In this document: in pieces, positions 9,428 through 18,932 of the stretch
Position numbering within the stretch: the first letter of the stretch is position 1
Layout: the number at the start of each line of letters is the position of its first letter
Assembly: GCF_000803625.1 (NCBI RefSeq)
Contig: NZ_CP007496.1
Span: forward strand, 510,001-542,000
Length of the DNA stretch: 32,000 nucleotides
Source of the DNA: Candidatus Nanosynbacter lyticus
GTDB taxonomy: Bacteria; Patescibacteriota; Saccharimonadia; Saccharimonadales; Saccharimonadaceae
Direction of reading: 5' to 3'
Notes under the pieces: model-generated
Database searches by the model: none
Seen by the model: the letters and a program-made list of their open reading frames with translations, nothing else
Told to the model about the DNA's origin: nothing
Position numbers and translations under genes: made by a program

Positions 9428-10846
9428 CTAAGAATCAACAACCGGTAAAACAGACTCAGCCCACAATTGCAATTCTTGCAAAATAAACTGTTGTTTGTCA
9501 GCTGCTGTCGGCGCTAACCGCTGCAGAGACGCCATAAACCCTGGCAGTTGCGCCTGCAAATACTGAGCCCGCCAGATTTCCCATTGTGCCAAATCATCTT
9601 CACTGAGTGAGCGCGGAAAATTACGTGCCTTGTAGTGCAGCAACAGCGGCGCTAACCGTTCGTCCTGAAATTCTGGATGAAAATCGGCCAGCTCACGCTC
9701 ATCAGCATTACGCACCGCCTCGACACGGATACGATCACGGTCGTTCAAAAAGCCATCATACAATTGCGCTTCTGGATCAGGCAATTTCTTGAAGGCTGGC
9801 TTGTTTTCAAAAATAGTCCGTAATTTTTCGGCAAAGTCCGGGTGATTCAGTAAAATATTTTGATGTTTCTGCACTGTCTTTAGATCAAGCGAAATCTTCT
9901 GCCAGCCATCGCCTTGTTCCAGCACACCCAGCGGCGCTACCGCCGGACAGCGATTGTACTGCAACTCTTTGACTGGCAATTTAACGAAATCTTCGGCCTG
10001 GCGCTCTTCCCACGAAGCAAAGATTTTCTTCGATAATTCTTCAGTACTCAGCTCAACAAACGGCGTCGGATCATAGCGCAGATCATAGACAACCACACCG
10101 CCGTTTCGACTGGTCGTCATTGGAAATGCCACCGTAGTTTTGGCAAATTCTTTATCGTAGCGCCCGCTGGCATAGACAAACGGTTTTTTGTCGTCCACAT
10201 TGACCAGTTGCTGGACTACTTTTTTATCGCGCATTTTCAGCAAATAATCATACAATTGCGGCTGCTTTTGCTTGATCAATTTCGTCACAGCGATCAGTGC
10301 TGTCACGTCCGCCAAAGCGTCATGAGCATTTTCGTGCGCAATACCGTTGGCGCTGGTGATCAGTTCCAGACGGTTGCTTGGCTCGCCCTTGTCATCAAGC
10401 GGCCACTTGATCCCCTCTGGCCTGAGTGCCCTGGTCAACCGAACTGCATCCAGCAAGTCCCAACGCGAGCGGCCGTCCTTCCAGCTCCACTCGTACGGAT
10501 CATGAAAATTACGCCACAACAAATGACGAATAAACTCGTCGTCGAACCGAATATTATTAAAACCAACCGCAATGGTGTCTGGCGTGAAAATTTCCTCACT
10601 GAGCATCCGGGCAAACTGCGCCTCGCTGTAGCCCTCCTCAACCGTTTTTTGCGGCGTGATGCCCGTCACCATCAGCGCATCAGGACTCGGCAAAGTATCA
10701 TCATTCAGCGTCACCAGCAGATTATAAGGCTCACCAATCGGCTCGAGATTCATGTCTGTCCGCTGCCCGGCAAACTGCATGATTCGGTCTTGCCGCGGAT
10801 TTAATCCGCTGGTTTCCAGGTCATAAAAGAAAAATGTTTGTGCCAT
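9428..10846 (-). CDS. sbcB: Exodeoxyribonuclease I
   Basis: 472 aa. Collinear with E. coli ExoI from memory: FFFYDLETSGLNP..., GFNNIRFDDEF, WDLLD, NAHDALADV, and C-terminal LLHYKARNFP. Confidence 0.92.
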   Translation of the reverse strand: MAQTFFFYDLETSGLNPRQDRIMQFAGQRTDMNLEPIGEPYNLLVTLNDDTLPSPDALMVTGITPQKTVEEGYSEAQFARMLSEEIFTPDTIAVGFNNIRFDDEFIRHLLWRNFHDPYEWSWKDGRSRWDLLDAVRLTRALRPEGIKWPLDDKGEPSNRLELITSANGIAHENAHDALADVTALIAVTKLIKQKQPQLYDYLLKMRDKKVVQQLVNVDDKKPFVYASGRYDKEFAKTTVAFPMTTSRNGGVVVYDLRYDPTPFVELSTEELSKKIFASWEERQAEDFVKLPVKELQYNRCPAVAPLGVLEQGDGWQKISLDLKTVQKHQNILLNHPDFAEKLRTIFENKPAFKKLPDPEAQLYDGFLNDRDRIRVEAVRNADERELADFHPEFQDERLAPLLLHYKARNFPRSLSEDDLAQWEIWRAQYLQAQLPGFMASLQRLAPTAADKQQFILQELQLWAESVLPVVDS

Positions 10847-10852
10847 GATTAT

Positions 10853-10861
10853 AGTATAGCA
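10853..10861 (-). promoter_or_regulatory. Extended -10 (TGcTATACT), 6 nt upstream of the sbcB ATG
   Basis: Minus strand: TGCTATACT-ataatc-ATG(10846). It fits entirely within the 18-nt obg-sbcB gap. Confidence 0.45.
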
Positions 10862-10864
10862 AAC

Positions 10865-12187
<1,323 letters not shown>

Positions 12188-12190
12188 CTA

Positions 12191-12199
12191 ATTATACCA
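12191..12199 (-). promoter_or_regulatory. Extended -10 (TGgTATAAT), 6 nt upstream of the obg ATG
   Basis: Minus strand: TGGTATAAT-tagatc-ATG(12184). Confidence 0.5.
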
Positions 12200-12203
12200 G
12201 AAA

Positions 12204-12227
12204 ACACCCCATCAGTCGACGGGGTGT
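12204..12227 (-). terminator. Rho-independent terminator after the LysM-CHAP gene
   Basis: Minus strand: ACACCCC-gtcgactgat-GGGGTGT followed by TTTCTGG, 24 nt after the stop codon. Confidence 0.5.
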
Positions 12228-12250
12228 CGTATTGGTGTCATCTTAAAATT

Positions 12251-13471
12251 TTAGTGTATGAAGCTATAGCGGCCAACCTCAGCAAGCGGTATGGTACGAG
12301 AAGAAATAACATTGTAACCTGCATAGTTCATATCTGAAACATATATATTATGACCATCTACCCGCTCCACGATACCAACATGTCCGTAACCATAACCGCC
12401 CCAAGTGTTCTGAATAATAGCACCCGGCACTGGTGTATTATTAACTAAGAATCCAGCCGCACGAGCACTAGTATGCCAGGTGTTAGCGTTACCCCAGAAA
12501 CTACCAATTGGACGACCCAGCTGCAAGCGACGTTCGTAAGCATACCAAGTACAGTTACCAGCAGCATATCGGTTGCCAACAGATGCGGTCAGCCAGCTTC
12601 GGCTAGCACTAGTAGTAGACGATGATCCATGTCCATAAGAACCGTACCTACTATTACCATGTGACAATCTACCGCGTGGTGCTACATAGCCTGGACGTTC
12701 AGCCTCCGGCAGCTCACCTCCAGGTATCACAATACGCGCACCAGCAGTTAATTTTGATCCGTCATCAATATCGTTATATAGAACAACCCTCTCAGCGCTA
12801 GTCTTATACTTATCAGCCAAAGATTGCGCCGTATCACCATCCTTAACTGTATAAACAACACCATCAATCAGCGGAACAATAAGTGTCTTATTAGGCTCAA
12901 TAGCATCTGAGGTAGTATTATTTGCCCAACGAAGCGTCTGTGGAGAAATCTTAAACTTCTTTGCAATTTTCTCTATATTGTCACCCTCTTTAGTCACATA
13001 TGAAGAAATGCCACGCGCAGCAGATGTGTCAGGCTTCACAATATCAGGTTTTGTGATAACCTCAGAGTCATTCTGAGAAAGGTTTTTCTTAATCGTCAAT
13101 GAAGTCTCTGATTCACGCAAGTCACCAGCTGAAGGCAACTCTGCCGTCTCTGCCAAATTAGTCACAGCGCTAGCTGCCGCTAACTTATCCACTGAAACGG
13201 TTTTAGCTTTGACAACTCCAGATGCTGTCGATGTGCTCGTATTAGATACTTCAGCTGATGCTAAAGTTTTCGGCTTTTCAGCAACCGCATTATTACTACT
13301 GTTGCCGTAAACCAAAAATGATATAGTTAACAAAAATATTCCGCCGTAAACCGCGAACGATTGCAGCTTACGTTTCTTACCCCGAAGAGTTATAAAATGG
13401 TTACGAATAATCGTGCTCCTTGTATCAATGTTACCACTGATACTTCTACCCAATTGTCTTTCTTCTCGCAA
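12251..13471 (-). CDS. Secreted/membrane-anchored LysM-LysM-CHAP peptidoglycan hydrolase
   Basis: N-terminal TM/signal anchor (FAVYGGIFLLTISFLVYG). Two LysM motifs (YVTKEGDNIEKIAKKFKISPQTLRWAN; YTVKDGDTAQSLADKYKTSAERVVLYN). C-terminal CHAP domain (GNCTWYAYERR ... GHVGIVERV). The start is uncertain: the ORF opens with TTG and there is no in-frame ATG before the TM segment. Confidence 0.85.
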   Translation of the reverse strand: MREERQLGRSISGNIDTRSTIIRNHFITLRGKKRKLQSFAVYGGIFLLTISFLVYGNSSNNAVAEKPKTLASAEVSNTSTSTASGVVKAKTVSVDKLAAASAVTNLAETAELPSAGDLRESETSLTIKKNLSQNDSEVITKPDIVKPDTSAARGISSYVTKEGDNIEKIAKKFKISPQTLRWANNTTSDAIEPNKTLIVPLIDGVVYTVKDGDTAQSLADKYKTSAERVVLYNDIDDGSKLTAGARIVIPGGELPEAERPGYVAPRGRLSHGNSRYGSYGHGSSSTTSASRSWLTASVGNRYAAGNCTWYAYERRLQLGRPIGSFWGNANTWHTSARAAGFLVNNTPVPGAIIQNTWGGYGYGHVGIVERVDGHNIYVSDMNYAGYNVISSRTIPLAEVGRYSFIH

Positions 13472-13606
13472 TAGAACAGGATATGTTGTCGACCTAATTG
13501 ATTATTATATTCTACATTAGTTTTGCTATATCCGTAGCGACAATTTTGGTAGGTCATTTACCATAATTTACCCTTATTGATAAATTAGACAAACGATCTA
13601 CATTCC

Positions 13607-13635
13607 ATTTTACACAACATTGACAATAAAGTCAA
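13607..13635 (-). promoter_or_regulatory. Candidate promoter TTGACT-17-TAAAAT upstream of the LysM-CHAP gene
   Basis: Minus strand: -35 at 13635..13630, 17-nt spacer, -10 at 13612..13607. The -35 lies inside a TTGAC-N6-GTCAA inverted repeat. Implies a leader of about 130 nt. Confidence 0.4.
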
Positions 13636-13659
13636 TAAATTTTATAAGATGTGATTTTG

Positions 13660-14736
13660 TCAAGAAATCTGACATTTTTTCTGACAATGAGCCTTAATAT
13701 TAGCCTCGTGTTCTTCGTTTGTCTTCGCAAAATACGTCACATCATCATCACCACTCAGGAAGTAAAGGTAGTTAGAATTTGCTGGATTAGCTGCGGCATC
13801 TAGAGCGCTCAAGCTAGGTGTAGCAATAGGCCCAGGCGGCAAGCCTTTTTGGATGCGCGTATTATAAGGCGACTTTAGGCTTGGCGAACGCTCTAAGCCA
13901 TTTTTATCAGCAATATATTGATAGGTGACATCCGAGCCCAGTTCCATATTCGCCTTCAGACGATTATAAAAAACACTAGCAATCTTTCGCTGGTCCTCGC
14001 AAGTCTCAGCCCCAGAACCACAGCCAATCGACTCCCGCTGAATAATTGACGCCAGCGTAATTCCCTGATACAGCGTTAGTCCACGATCCTTAAATTTCTC
14101 TTCAAGGTTGTACTTTTTCACTATTTTTTCAAACTGATTTATCGACCGCTTTAAGACCTGCTCGACAGTTTCATCTAAAGAAATATAGAACGTTTCTCCA
14201 TAAATATAACCTTCAAGACTGGTATTATCTGGTTTACCAGCAAAAACCGAGCTACTATATTTAGCGGCAAAGGCCTTCTTTATCTGCTCTTTTGAGAAGC
14301 CGGCTTTCAATAATACAGATTCGACTTCTCTGCCATCAGAATTGTTTATCTTTTTATCTAAAGACGCACCAGGATAAAAAGTTATAGCAACCTCATCGGA
14401 CTTACCACTTGTTAAATGACCAACTATTTCACTAACAGACTGAGATGGCTTTACTGAATAAACACCGGCCTTAAATTTCCCCCCCGAATTATGGAGTCTT
14501 GTATAAATTGAAAAAGCTAATGAATTCTTGATAATCTTCTTGTCCTCCAGAATTTTAGCAATATCACTAGAACCCATGCCTTCTTTAATATTAATCCTTA
14601 CAGTTTGCTGGGCGTACACATCAAAAGGCGAAAGCATTTGTTTATACCAGATAGTTGCACCCAAAGCACTCAAGCCTAAAATTGCCACAATAATTGATAG
14701 CACCAATAGCCAGACACGTCGTTTACGAATTTTCAT
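13660..14736 (-). CDS. mltG: Endolytic murein transglycosylase MltG (YceG family)
   Basis: 358 aa. N-terminal TM. YceG-like motifs (LASIIQRE, YNTR...GLPPGPI, and a YFLS segment). Confidence 0.9.
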   Translation of the reverse strand: MKIRKRRVWLLVLSIIVAILGLSALGATIWYKQMLSPFDVYAQQTVRINIKEGMGSSDIAKILEDKKIIKNSLAFSIYTRLHNSGGKFKAGVYSVKPSQSVSEIVGHLTSGKSDEVAITFYPGASLDKKINNSDGREVESVLLKAGFSKEQIKKAFAAKYSSSVFAGKPDNTSLEGYIYGETFYISLDETVEQVLKRSINQFEKIVKKYNLEEKFKDRGLTLYQGITLASIIQRESIGCGSGAETCEDQRKIASVFYNRLKANMELGSDVTYQYIADKNGLERSPSLKSPYNTRIQKGLPPGPIATPSLSALDAAANPANSNYLYFLSGDDDVTYFAKTNEEHEANIKAHCQKKCQIS

Positions 14737-15136
14737 ACTTTTCCTCCAAGAAATCCTGCAAAATTATACTAGCAGCCTCTGCGTCGATCTCACCCTTATC
14801 CTTAATTTTATTTCCTAATCTTTGTTCGGCCTGCACGCTTGTTAGCGATTCATCCTGAAAAACAATTTCCGTATCCAGCTCAATGTCGGCAAACTGCTTA
14901 ACAAAATCCTCCACAAATTGCGTCTGCTTAGTTGGCTCACCAGACTGGTTGCGCGGATATCCCACTACGATTACATCAATATCATGTCGCAATACCAATT
15001 CTGTTATTTCTTGGATAATTTTTTCGCTATTCTCCAGCCAACCAAACGGCACTGCAATTTTCACTTGCGAGTCTGCCATCGCCAAACCAATCCGTCGCTC
15101 ACCGACGTCTAGAGCCAGAAAGTTCTTACTTGACAT
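14723..15136 (-). CDS. ruvX: Putative pre-16S rRNA nuclease / Holliday junction resolvase-like YqgF
   Basis: 137 aa. LALDVGERRIGLA N-terminus. GYPRNQSGEPT motif. Overlaps both neighbouring genes. Confidence 0.9.
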   Translation of the reverse strand: MSSKNFLALDVGERRIGLAMADSQVKIAVPFGWLENSEKIIQEITELVLRHDIDVIVVGYPRNQSGEPTKQTQFVEDFVKQFADIELDTEIVFQDESLTSVQAEQRLGNKIKDKGEIDAEAASIILQDFLEEKYENS

Positions 15137-16751
15137 CTTTTATCTTAAATTCAACATTTATCTTATTGATGTCTTTTGGTACCGATTTAACCCAAAATGG
15201 CGAAAACTTAACATCAACGTCCTCAACTCCGTTAATCGACTCAATGGCCGACTGTACTTCACCGTAGCTCTTACCTTTGGCCTGGTCCTTGACGCTTTCC
15301 TCTTTAATATCAGGGCCGACTTTACCATTGGCAGTCAAGCGAACAGTTTGGGCGTTTCGAGCGTTAGCAAATTGAGAAAATGCCGCCTTCTCAACACCGT
15401 TATCGTAAATTCTCTGGGCTTTTTTACCGGAAATCTCGTCCTTTAGCTTCGACTCTATAAAATTCTTCAATTCATTCTTATCAACCGCTAGCATATTTGC
15501 AGTGATTGTGGATTTTAGAGTCACCGCGCCAGTCGCCTCTCCGTCGACCGCTACACTTGAGCTAGGATCTGAGCGATTTTCAGCATAACTTTCCGTAATT
15601 GTCTTCATAGAATTACCAAATGAAGCAATCAGCTGCTCTTTCAGGCCTTCGATCTTCTTATCGCTAAGCTTGTTTTTTGCCGCTTCTATGTCACTAGCCG
15701 TTACGACCGTTGCCGTTTTATCAGTACCACCGCTAGTAGCAGACCGCAAGGACGCGGAAATATCATCAACCGAAATACTCATACTGCCAGTGGCAGCATT
15801 ATACTGAGCTCCGCCCTCACTAGCGGTAATTGCGCCAGAAGCAGAACCCGGGCAAATATATCCTGGACAATTACGCTGATAAGAGCCGCCTGGAACAGTC
15901 ACAGAAGAATTTAAGGTGTAAGATAACCCACTATTCTTTAAAACCGTACCAGCTGCAATAGTAACACTATCTGGGGAAACATTCTTAAAAACCACCACTC
16001 CGGTCGCCTTTTCGCCAACGTTCTTCTTGCCCGTAGCAGAAAATTCAACACTGACTTCCTTAGCTATTTCCTTCTTAATTGACTTGATGACATTGGATTT
16101 AGCGTTCGTAGCAGCATTTTCGCTTAAGCTAACCGTATCACTCACCGTCATGCTGGTAGTTTTCGCAGAAATAATAACCGTAGCATGCGGCGCAAACCAA
16201 ATTGCCCAGACTAAAAACACTCCAAACAAAAGCACTCCGCCACCAATTAGCAAAAACTTCTTACGAAACGCACTAAAATTAGGGACTTTTGGCTTTTTAA
16301 CCATGTTTTTTAGAGAAGTTAAGCCCTTAGACTCCTTCTCGTTTGCAGCGGCAATAGTACTGTCTATTGCGGCGTCATTATCTGATGACTTTTTTGCAGC
16401 CTCAGCCATATCACCGACAGCCAACTTACCACCATCAATAACATCACTTTCATCATCAACTTTTAGGGCTGGAATTTCCGCAATTTCCGGTTTACTCTGG
16501 AGCGTTTTTGCTACGGGGATTTTTGCCGCGGCAGCCAAACCAGCCAGAACCGAATCATTTGTAATAATTACTATCGTTTTATCGGCAGATTTTGCCGCCC
16601 GTGACAACAATCTTATGTTAACCGCGCTCTGCAAAATACCAGTCCGCCTAGGCGGCACCAGCGCAATTATCCGCTGTTTTGACGCTTTAATCTTACCAAT
16701 TATGGTGGTAATATCGTCTTCTATATCGATATAAATAACGTCTTTGTTCAT
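15126..16751 (-). CDS. Hypothetical bitopic membrane protein: cytoplasmic N-domain, one TM, large extracytoplasmic beta-rich domain
   Basis: 541 aa. N-terminal domain of about 95 aa (VIYIDIEDDITTIIGKIKASKQRIIALVPP...), an acidic/Ala-rich linker, TM FLLIGGGVLLFGVFLVWAIWFAP, then about 350 aa outside the membrane. Its start lies 1 nt after the ftsA-like stop (TAAgATG). No family assignable by eye. Confidence 0.7.
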   Translation of the reverse strand: MNKDVIYIDIEDDITTIIGKIKASKQRIIALVPPRRTGILQSAVNIRLLSRAAKSADKTIVIITNDSVLAGLAAAAKIPVAKTLQSKPEIAEIPALKVDDESDVIDGGKLAVGDMAEAAKKSSDNDAAIDSTIAAANEKESKGLTSLKNMVKKPKVPNFSAFRKKFLLIGGGVLLFGVFLVWAIWFAPHATVIISAKTTSMTVSDTVSLSENAATNAKSNVIKSIKKEIAKEVSVEFSATGKKNVGEKATGVVVFKNVSPDSVTIAAGTVLKNSGLSYTLNSSVTVPGGSYQRNCPGYICPGSASGAITASEGGAQYNAATGSMSISVDDISASLRSATSGGTDKTATVVTASDIEAAKNKLSDKKIEGLKEQLIASFGNSMKTITESYAENRSDPSSSVAVDGEATGAVTLKSTITANMLAVDKNELKNFIESKLKDEISGKKAQRIYDNGVEKAAFSQFANARNAQTVRLTANGKVGPDIKEESVKDQAKGKSYGEVQSAIESINGVEDVDVKFSPFWVKSVPKDINKINVEFKIKDVK

Positions 16752-16752
16752 C

Positions 16753-18015
16753 TTAAATCTTTAATAACCTGTTTACTTTTTCAACTAAACTATTACCGCC
16801 CTGGCTACCGATAATTGTATCATAGCCAACCCTTAATAGTCCCATAGCCGTGACAAATGTATGGTCGCTAGCATCGCCAGTTTCATCGACTATTCCTGTT
16901 ACGTCACTTGGATTAATATACTGGATGACAGGCTTTTTAGTAAAAGGTAAGTCCTCTGGCCATTGTCGCTCCTTAAGAGCTTCGGTAATCTTCTTTAGGC
17001 TAGAGCCGCCGCCACATAATAAAATCCTATTTGGCAAATAATCAACATTATCAAAATCCCCGAGAGCTAACTCAACACCAGACAGCCAGACCTCCAGGGT
17101 TTTATCAATTGCAGCGTCAACCTTTTTCTTTACCGTAGGCTTTAACTTGTCATGATCAATATTTAGCTTCAGTTTTTCTGCATCCTTAAAACTTAAGTCC
17201 AAATCAGCCGCAATTGTCCGCGTGAAGCTCCGGCCACCAATACCAAACATTTTCGTTCCCTCAACGCCGCCGTCGTTGACCACTGCGATGTCAGTCGTAC
17301 CACCGCCGATATCTGCCAAAATGGCTGTAAAATTGCTATCGGTATCTGAGCCCAGAACGCTACGGCTCACCGCGAACGGCTCAGCTGCCACTGCCACCAA
17401 GTCCAGAGCTAGTTCATCAGCCACCTTTTCCAGAGCCCCAATATGAACCATCGGTGCAAATGCCGTATAAATCTGCACTGCCACATCCCTACCCTGAAAA
17501 CCAATTGGGTTTGAAACCTTATAGCCGTCAATATGAATGCTCACCAACGCCGAATTAACTAACTTCACTTCAACATCGGCATTGCCAGTCTCCAGAGCGA
17601 TTTGCGCCTGAGCTTTACCTTGAGCTCGCTCCTGCACCTTCTCAATAATAAATTCCATTTCTGCGACGTCTAGTGGTTTATTTGGCTGCGGACGACGATA
17701 GCGGATAGTATTAGTTACACCTTTGACTAGCTCACCAGCAATACCAATAACAACTCGCTTGCCCTGAACTCCAGCCTGATCTTCCGCCTCAGATAAAGCG
17801 TCCTCGCAGTTGGCCACCACTCCGGCAATATCAGCAATTGCGCCAGTATGCATATCGCCCATTTCCTGCTGCTTACGACCAACGCCAATAATCTTCAGCT
17901 CGTCGTCTTTGACTTCAGCAATTAACGCCTTAACCACCTCAGTACCGATGTCCAAACTAACCAATAGCTCGCGATTATCTTTATCAGACTTCTTTAACAT
18001 ATCTTTCAATGCCAT
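16753..18015 (-). CDS. ftsA: FtsA-like actin-family ATPase
   Basis: LVSLDIGTEVVKALIAEV (phosphate 1), ADIGGGTTDIAV (phosphate 2), LCGGGS (adenosine motif), and a 1C-like insert. C-terminal amphipathic LVEKVNRLLKI. I take ATG 18015 (MALKDML...) as the start; the track's start at 18111 would run across the divergent gene's promoter and ATG. Confidence 0.8.
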   Translation of the reverse strand: MALKDMLKKSDKDNRELLVSLDIGTEVVKALIAEVKDDELKIIGVGRKQQEMGDMHTGAIADIAGVVANCEDALSEAEDQAGVQGKRVVIGIAGELVKGVTNTIRYRRPQPNKPLDVAEMEFIIEKVQERAQGKAQAQIALETGNADVEVKLVNSALVSIHIDGYKVSNPIGFQGRDVAVQIYTAFAPMVHIGALEKVADELALDLVAVAAEPFAVSRSVLGSDTDSNFTAILADIGGGTTDIAVVNDGGVEGTKMFGIGGRSFTRTIAADLDLSFKDAEKLKLNIDHDKLKPTVKKKVDAAIDKTLEVWLSGVELALGDFDNVDYLPNRILLCGGGSSLKKITEALKERQWPEDLPFTKKPVIQYINPSDVTGIVDETGDASDHTFVTAMGLLRVGYDTIIGSQGGNSLVEKVNRLLKI

Positions 18016-18077
18016 ATACGAATTATTATATAACGCTTGTGATTTTGAGGCAACAGATTGACGTATTTTATTTTTAA

Positions 18078-18086
18078 TGTTATAAT
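18078..18086 (+). promoter_or_regulatory. Extended -10 (TGtTATAAT), 6 nt upstream of the orphan ORF's ATG
   Basis: TGTTATAAT-agagca-ATG(18093). Confidence 0.5.
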
Positions 18087-18092
18087 AGAGCA

Positions 18093-18932
18093 ATGTATAA
18101 TATTCTGCCAAAAACTATTCATGAACAGCCGCTCTCTCCCGAAACAAGCAGTGCTATATTTAGTGCAGCGGTAAATCTACTAAGATACGCCGAACCAAGC
18201 GAGACATCTACAGAAGTCATTGGCTTAGATTTCGGCAGGTACAGAGAGGGACACCTGGATGCTAAAATTAGACTAGCAGGAGACGTAGCGCTTCTGGGGA
18301 CCTACCTGCGGTATCATCAAAAAGACAGAATAGTCGAGACAAAACTAGGCGCAGACAATAAATGGGATAGCGGAATTACATCAAGAAAAAATATTACAAA
18401 TTGGTTCTGCAGTATTTGCCCATTTGACGTCGATGCAGACCCGATAAGAAGGTTAGCCTCAAACGATGAGACATTTTCAAATGGACAATTAGTACAATCT
18501 ATAGCAGACATCATAGCCTCATTTCCAAAAGAAAATGTACGCACAGATTCTGTATTCTATAATCAAAACCCGGAGATTTATGAGGTAACGGATGATATTG
18601 CAGGCGACGGAAAAGTAAGAATTGATAATGGACTGTATAGAATCGGTGGCACTGAAAGCAAGCTCGAAATAGTCGAACTTAATAGATTGCCAGTAAAAGT
18701 GCGGTATAGTATATCCACCCCTTATGAACACGACGGCATTGAAACTAGTATGATATTAGACGTGACAATAGGTGCACTAGGCAAAGGAGCGTTATCATGC
18801 CATTTCTACAACCCAGTAGGTGGACGTAGGCACAATATTACGCCTAAAGATATATGCCAACTTGAAAGAGAAATAATTGAAGACGTCGAAGCAATGGCGG
18901 CAGATAAACTATCTATCGCAAAACAGCTTTAA
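18093..18932 (+). CDS. Hypothetical protein (orphan, 279 aa, predicted cytoplasmic)
   Basis: The only long ORF in this interval. A leaderless-type promoter sits directly upstream. No signal peptide, TM or motif that I recognise. Its 3' end overlaps the alaS 3' end by 20 nt. Confidence 0.6.
   Translation: MYNILPKTIHEQPLSPETSSAIFSAAVNLLRYAEPSETSTEVIGLDFGRYREGHLDAKIRLAGDVALLGTYLRYHQKDRIVETKLGADNKWDSGITSRKNITNWFCSICPFDVDADPIRRLASNDETFSNGQLVQSIADIIASFPKENVRTDSVFYNQNPEIYEVTDDIAGDGKVRIDNGLYRIGGTESKLEIVELNRLPVKVRYSISTPYEHDGIETSMILDVTIGALGKGALSCHFYNPVGGRRHNITPKDICQLEREIIEDVEAMAADKLSIAKQL

Noticed and set aside
10208-10804. Long antisense or off-frame ORFs inside well-supported genes. Examples: 10208..10804 (+), 11786..12337 (+), 14883..15446 (+), 16027..16734 (+), 22908..23381 (+), 24668..25159 (+), 25854..26312 (+), 26712..27167 (+), 29595..29987 (+), 30560..31000 (+), 6207..6756 (+).
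   Set aside because: Each lies fully within a gene whose product has clear family motifs on the other strand. Their translations are low-complexity or Ser/Pro/Arg-rich shadow sequences with no start signals. They are typical shadow ORFs of GC-richer genes.
13472-13659. Possible cyclic-di-AMP (ydaO-type) or other riboswitch in the leader of the LysM-CHAP wall hydrolase. Such riboswitches often precede wall hydrolase and rpf genes.
   Set aside because: Reading the minus strand, I could not find the conserved ydaO core elements (the ACGGGG and CCGA-type segments and the pseudo-symmetric helices). I found only short AT-rich hairpins. A covariance-model scan (Rfam/Infernal) would be decisive.
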